Translations under genes and position numbers: made by a program
The notes under the pieces: generated by a model
What the model saw: the letters and a program-made list of their open reading frames with translations, nothing else
The model's database searches: none
What the model was told of the DNA's origin: nothing
Assembly: GCA_964036045.1 (NCBI GenBank)
Contig: OZ038378.1
Span: 188,914,001 to 188,978,000 of the forward strand
Length of the DNA stretch: 64,000 nucleotides
Source of the DNA: Eutreptiella sp. 'Long Island Sound 2002'
Lineage: Eukaryota > Protista > Euglenida
Reading direction: 5' to 3'
In this document: piece by piece, positions 62,683-64,000 of the stretch
Position numbering within the stretch: the stretch's first letter is position 1
Layout: each line of letters starts with the position of its first letter

Positions 62683-62784
62683 ATGTCTCAGCAACGGCCG
62701 CTAGCCGGGCAGGGCCCCTGGCCCCCCCTGGCCGGTGGGCGCGCGCCGCTGCAGACTACCGCCCCCTACACGCACCCTCCAGGA

Positions 62785-63990
62785 ACCGGCCACCGCCTGG
62801 GCAGGACTCCCTGTCCCACAAGGCTGACAGGCCGGGGTCGCTGGGAACTACCGTCCCCTGCAGGCCCTTCATGAGCACCGACCACCGCCTGGGCAGGACT
62901 CCCCATCCCCCCAAGCTGGTGCGCCCAGGCCATTGGGAACTGCTACCCCGCACAGGCCCTCCTTGAGCACCGACCGCCACCTGGGCGGGACTCCCCGTCC
63001 CCCCAGGTTGGTAAGCCCGGGCCGTTGGGAACTACTACCCCCCGCAGGCCCTCCCTGAGCACCACCCGCCGCCTGGGCAGGATTCCCCGTCCCCCGAGGC
63101 CGGTGAGCCTGGGCCGTTGAGAACTGCTGCCCCCCGCAAGCCCTCCTTGAGCACCGACCGCCGCCTGGGCAGGACTCCCCGTCCCCTCAGGCTAGTGAGC
63201 ACGGGCCATTGGGAACTGCTACCCCCCGCAGGCCCTCCTTGAGCACCGGCCGCCTCCTTGGCAGGACTCCCCGTCCCCCCAGGCTAGTGAGCGTGGGCCG
63301 TTGGGAGCTACTATCCCCCGCCGGCCCCCCCTGAGCACCGACCGCCGCCTGGGCAGGACTCCCCGTCCCCTCAGGATGGTGAGCCCAAGCTGTTGGGGAC
63401 TGCTGTCCCCTGCAAACCCTCATAGAGCACCGACCGCCGCCGGGGCGGGACTCCCCGTCTCCCCAGGCTGGTACATCCAGGCCGTTGGGAGCTGCTATCC
63501 CCCGCAGGCCCTCCTTGAGCACCGACCGCCGCCTGGGCAGGACTCCCCGTCCCCTCAGGCTAGTGAGCACGGGCCATTGGGAACTGCTACCCCCCGCAGG
63601 CCCTCCTTGAGCACCGGCCGCCTCCTTGGCAGGACTCCCCGTCCCCCCAGGCTAGTGAGCGTGGGCCGTTGGGAGCTACTATCCCCCGCCGGCCCCCCCT
63701 GAGCACCGACCGCCGCCTGGGCAGGACTCCCCGTCCCCTCAGGATGGTGAGCCCAAGCTGTTGGGGACTGCTGTCCCCTGCAAACCCTCATAGAGCACCG
63801 ACCGCCGCCGGGGCGGGACTCCCCGTCTCCCCAGGCTGGTACATCCAGGCCGTTGGGAGCTGCTATCCCCCGCAGGCCCTCCTTGAGCACCGACCGCCGC
63901 CTGAGCGGGACTCCCTGTCCCCTCAGGCTGGTGAGCACGGGCCGTTGGGAGCTGCCATCCCCCGCAGGCCCTCCTTGAGCGCCGACCCCC
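62785..63990. repeat. GC-rich tandem array, exact 92-bp period, at least 13 units, with a 368-bp higher-order duplication
   Basis: The anchor GC(A/G)GGA(C/T)TCC occurs at 62801, 62893, 62985, 63077 ... 63905 with constant 92-bp spacing; about 63170-63536 is repeated at about 63538-63904. Confidence 0.95.
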
Positions 63991-64000
63991 CCCCCCCCCC

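Noticed and set aside
62200-62700. rRNA 3' end plus IGS, group I/II intron or HCV-type IRES (GTGCG start, GGTACTGCCTG, AGTAC...GGAGGAC look-alikes)
   Set aside because: Only isolated short matches. They are in the wrong order or lack the surrounding conserved cores (no P7 R/S elements, no domain V, no intact sarcin-ricin loop).
62589-63938. Pro/Gly/Arg-rich ORFs in the terminal array
   Set aside because: The 92-bp period shifts frame every unit, so the ORFs are explained by GC richness.

Overview
Repeat-rich eukaryotic nuclear DNA with GT-AG introns, many poly-G/poly-C tracts and (CA)n microsatellites; the lineage cannot be fixed from sequence alone. Host genes, all on the minus strand: (1) an intronless FkbM-type methyltransferase-like ORF at 51-857; (2) a two-exon Rid-family (YjgF/YER057c/UK114, bacterial Rid2/YoaB-like) gene at 7766-10734; (3) a large multi-exon gene at about 27.6-59.3 kb. 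Its hand-spliced, mostly phase-compatible exons read as DH(RhoGEF)-PH ... PH ... PDZ-like. Mobile DNA: a near-intact, roughly 8.8 kb non-LTR retrotransposon (about 15.5-24.3 kb, minus). Its ORF1 is coiled-coil + RRM-like + RS-rich, and its ORF2 is APE-RT-RNase H-CCHC preceded by a possible degenerate AlkB/2OG-Fe(II)-like domain; tRNA-derived segments lie at both ends. Also present: a second LINE family in fragments bounded by (CA)n, a TA-flanked Tc1/pogo-type MITE, a decayed Tc1/pogo HTH, tRNA-derived SINE-like pieces, a 1.14 kb tandem unit with 13-bp inverted repeats spaced by telomere-like repeats, and several minisatellites. The window ends with a hairpin-dense segment (61.5-62.7 kb, with UUCG and GNRA tetraloops) leading into an ATG and 13 or more exactly 92-bp tandem units. 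All domain calls come from motif recognition by eye; no database search was run.
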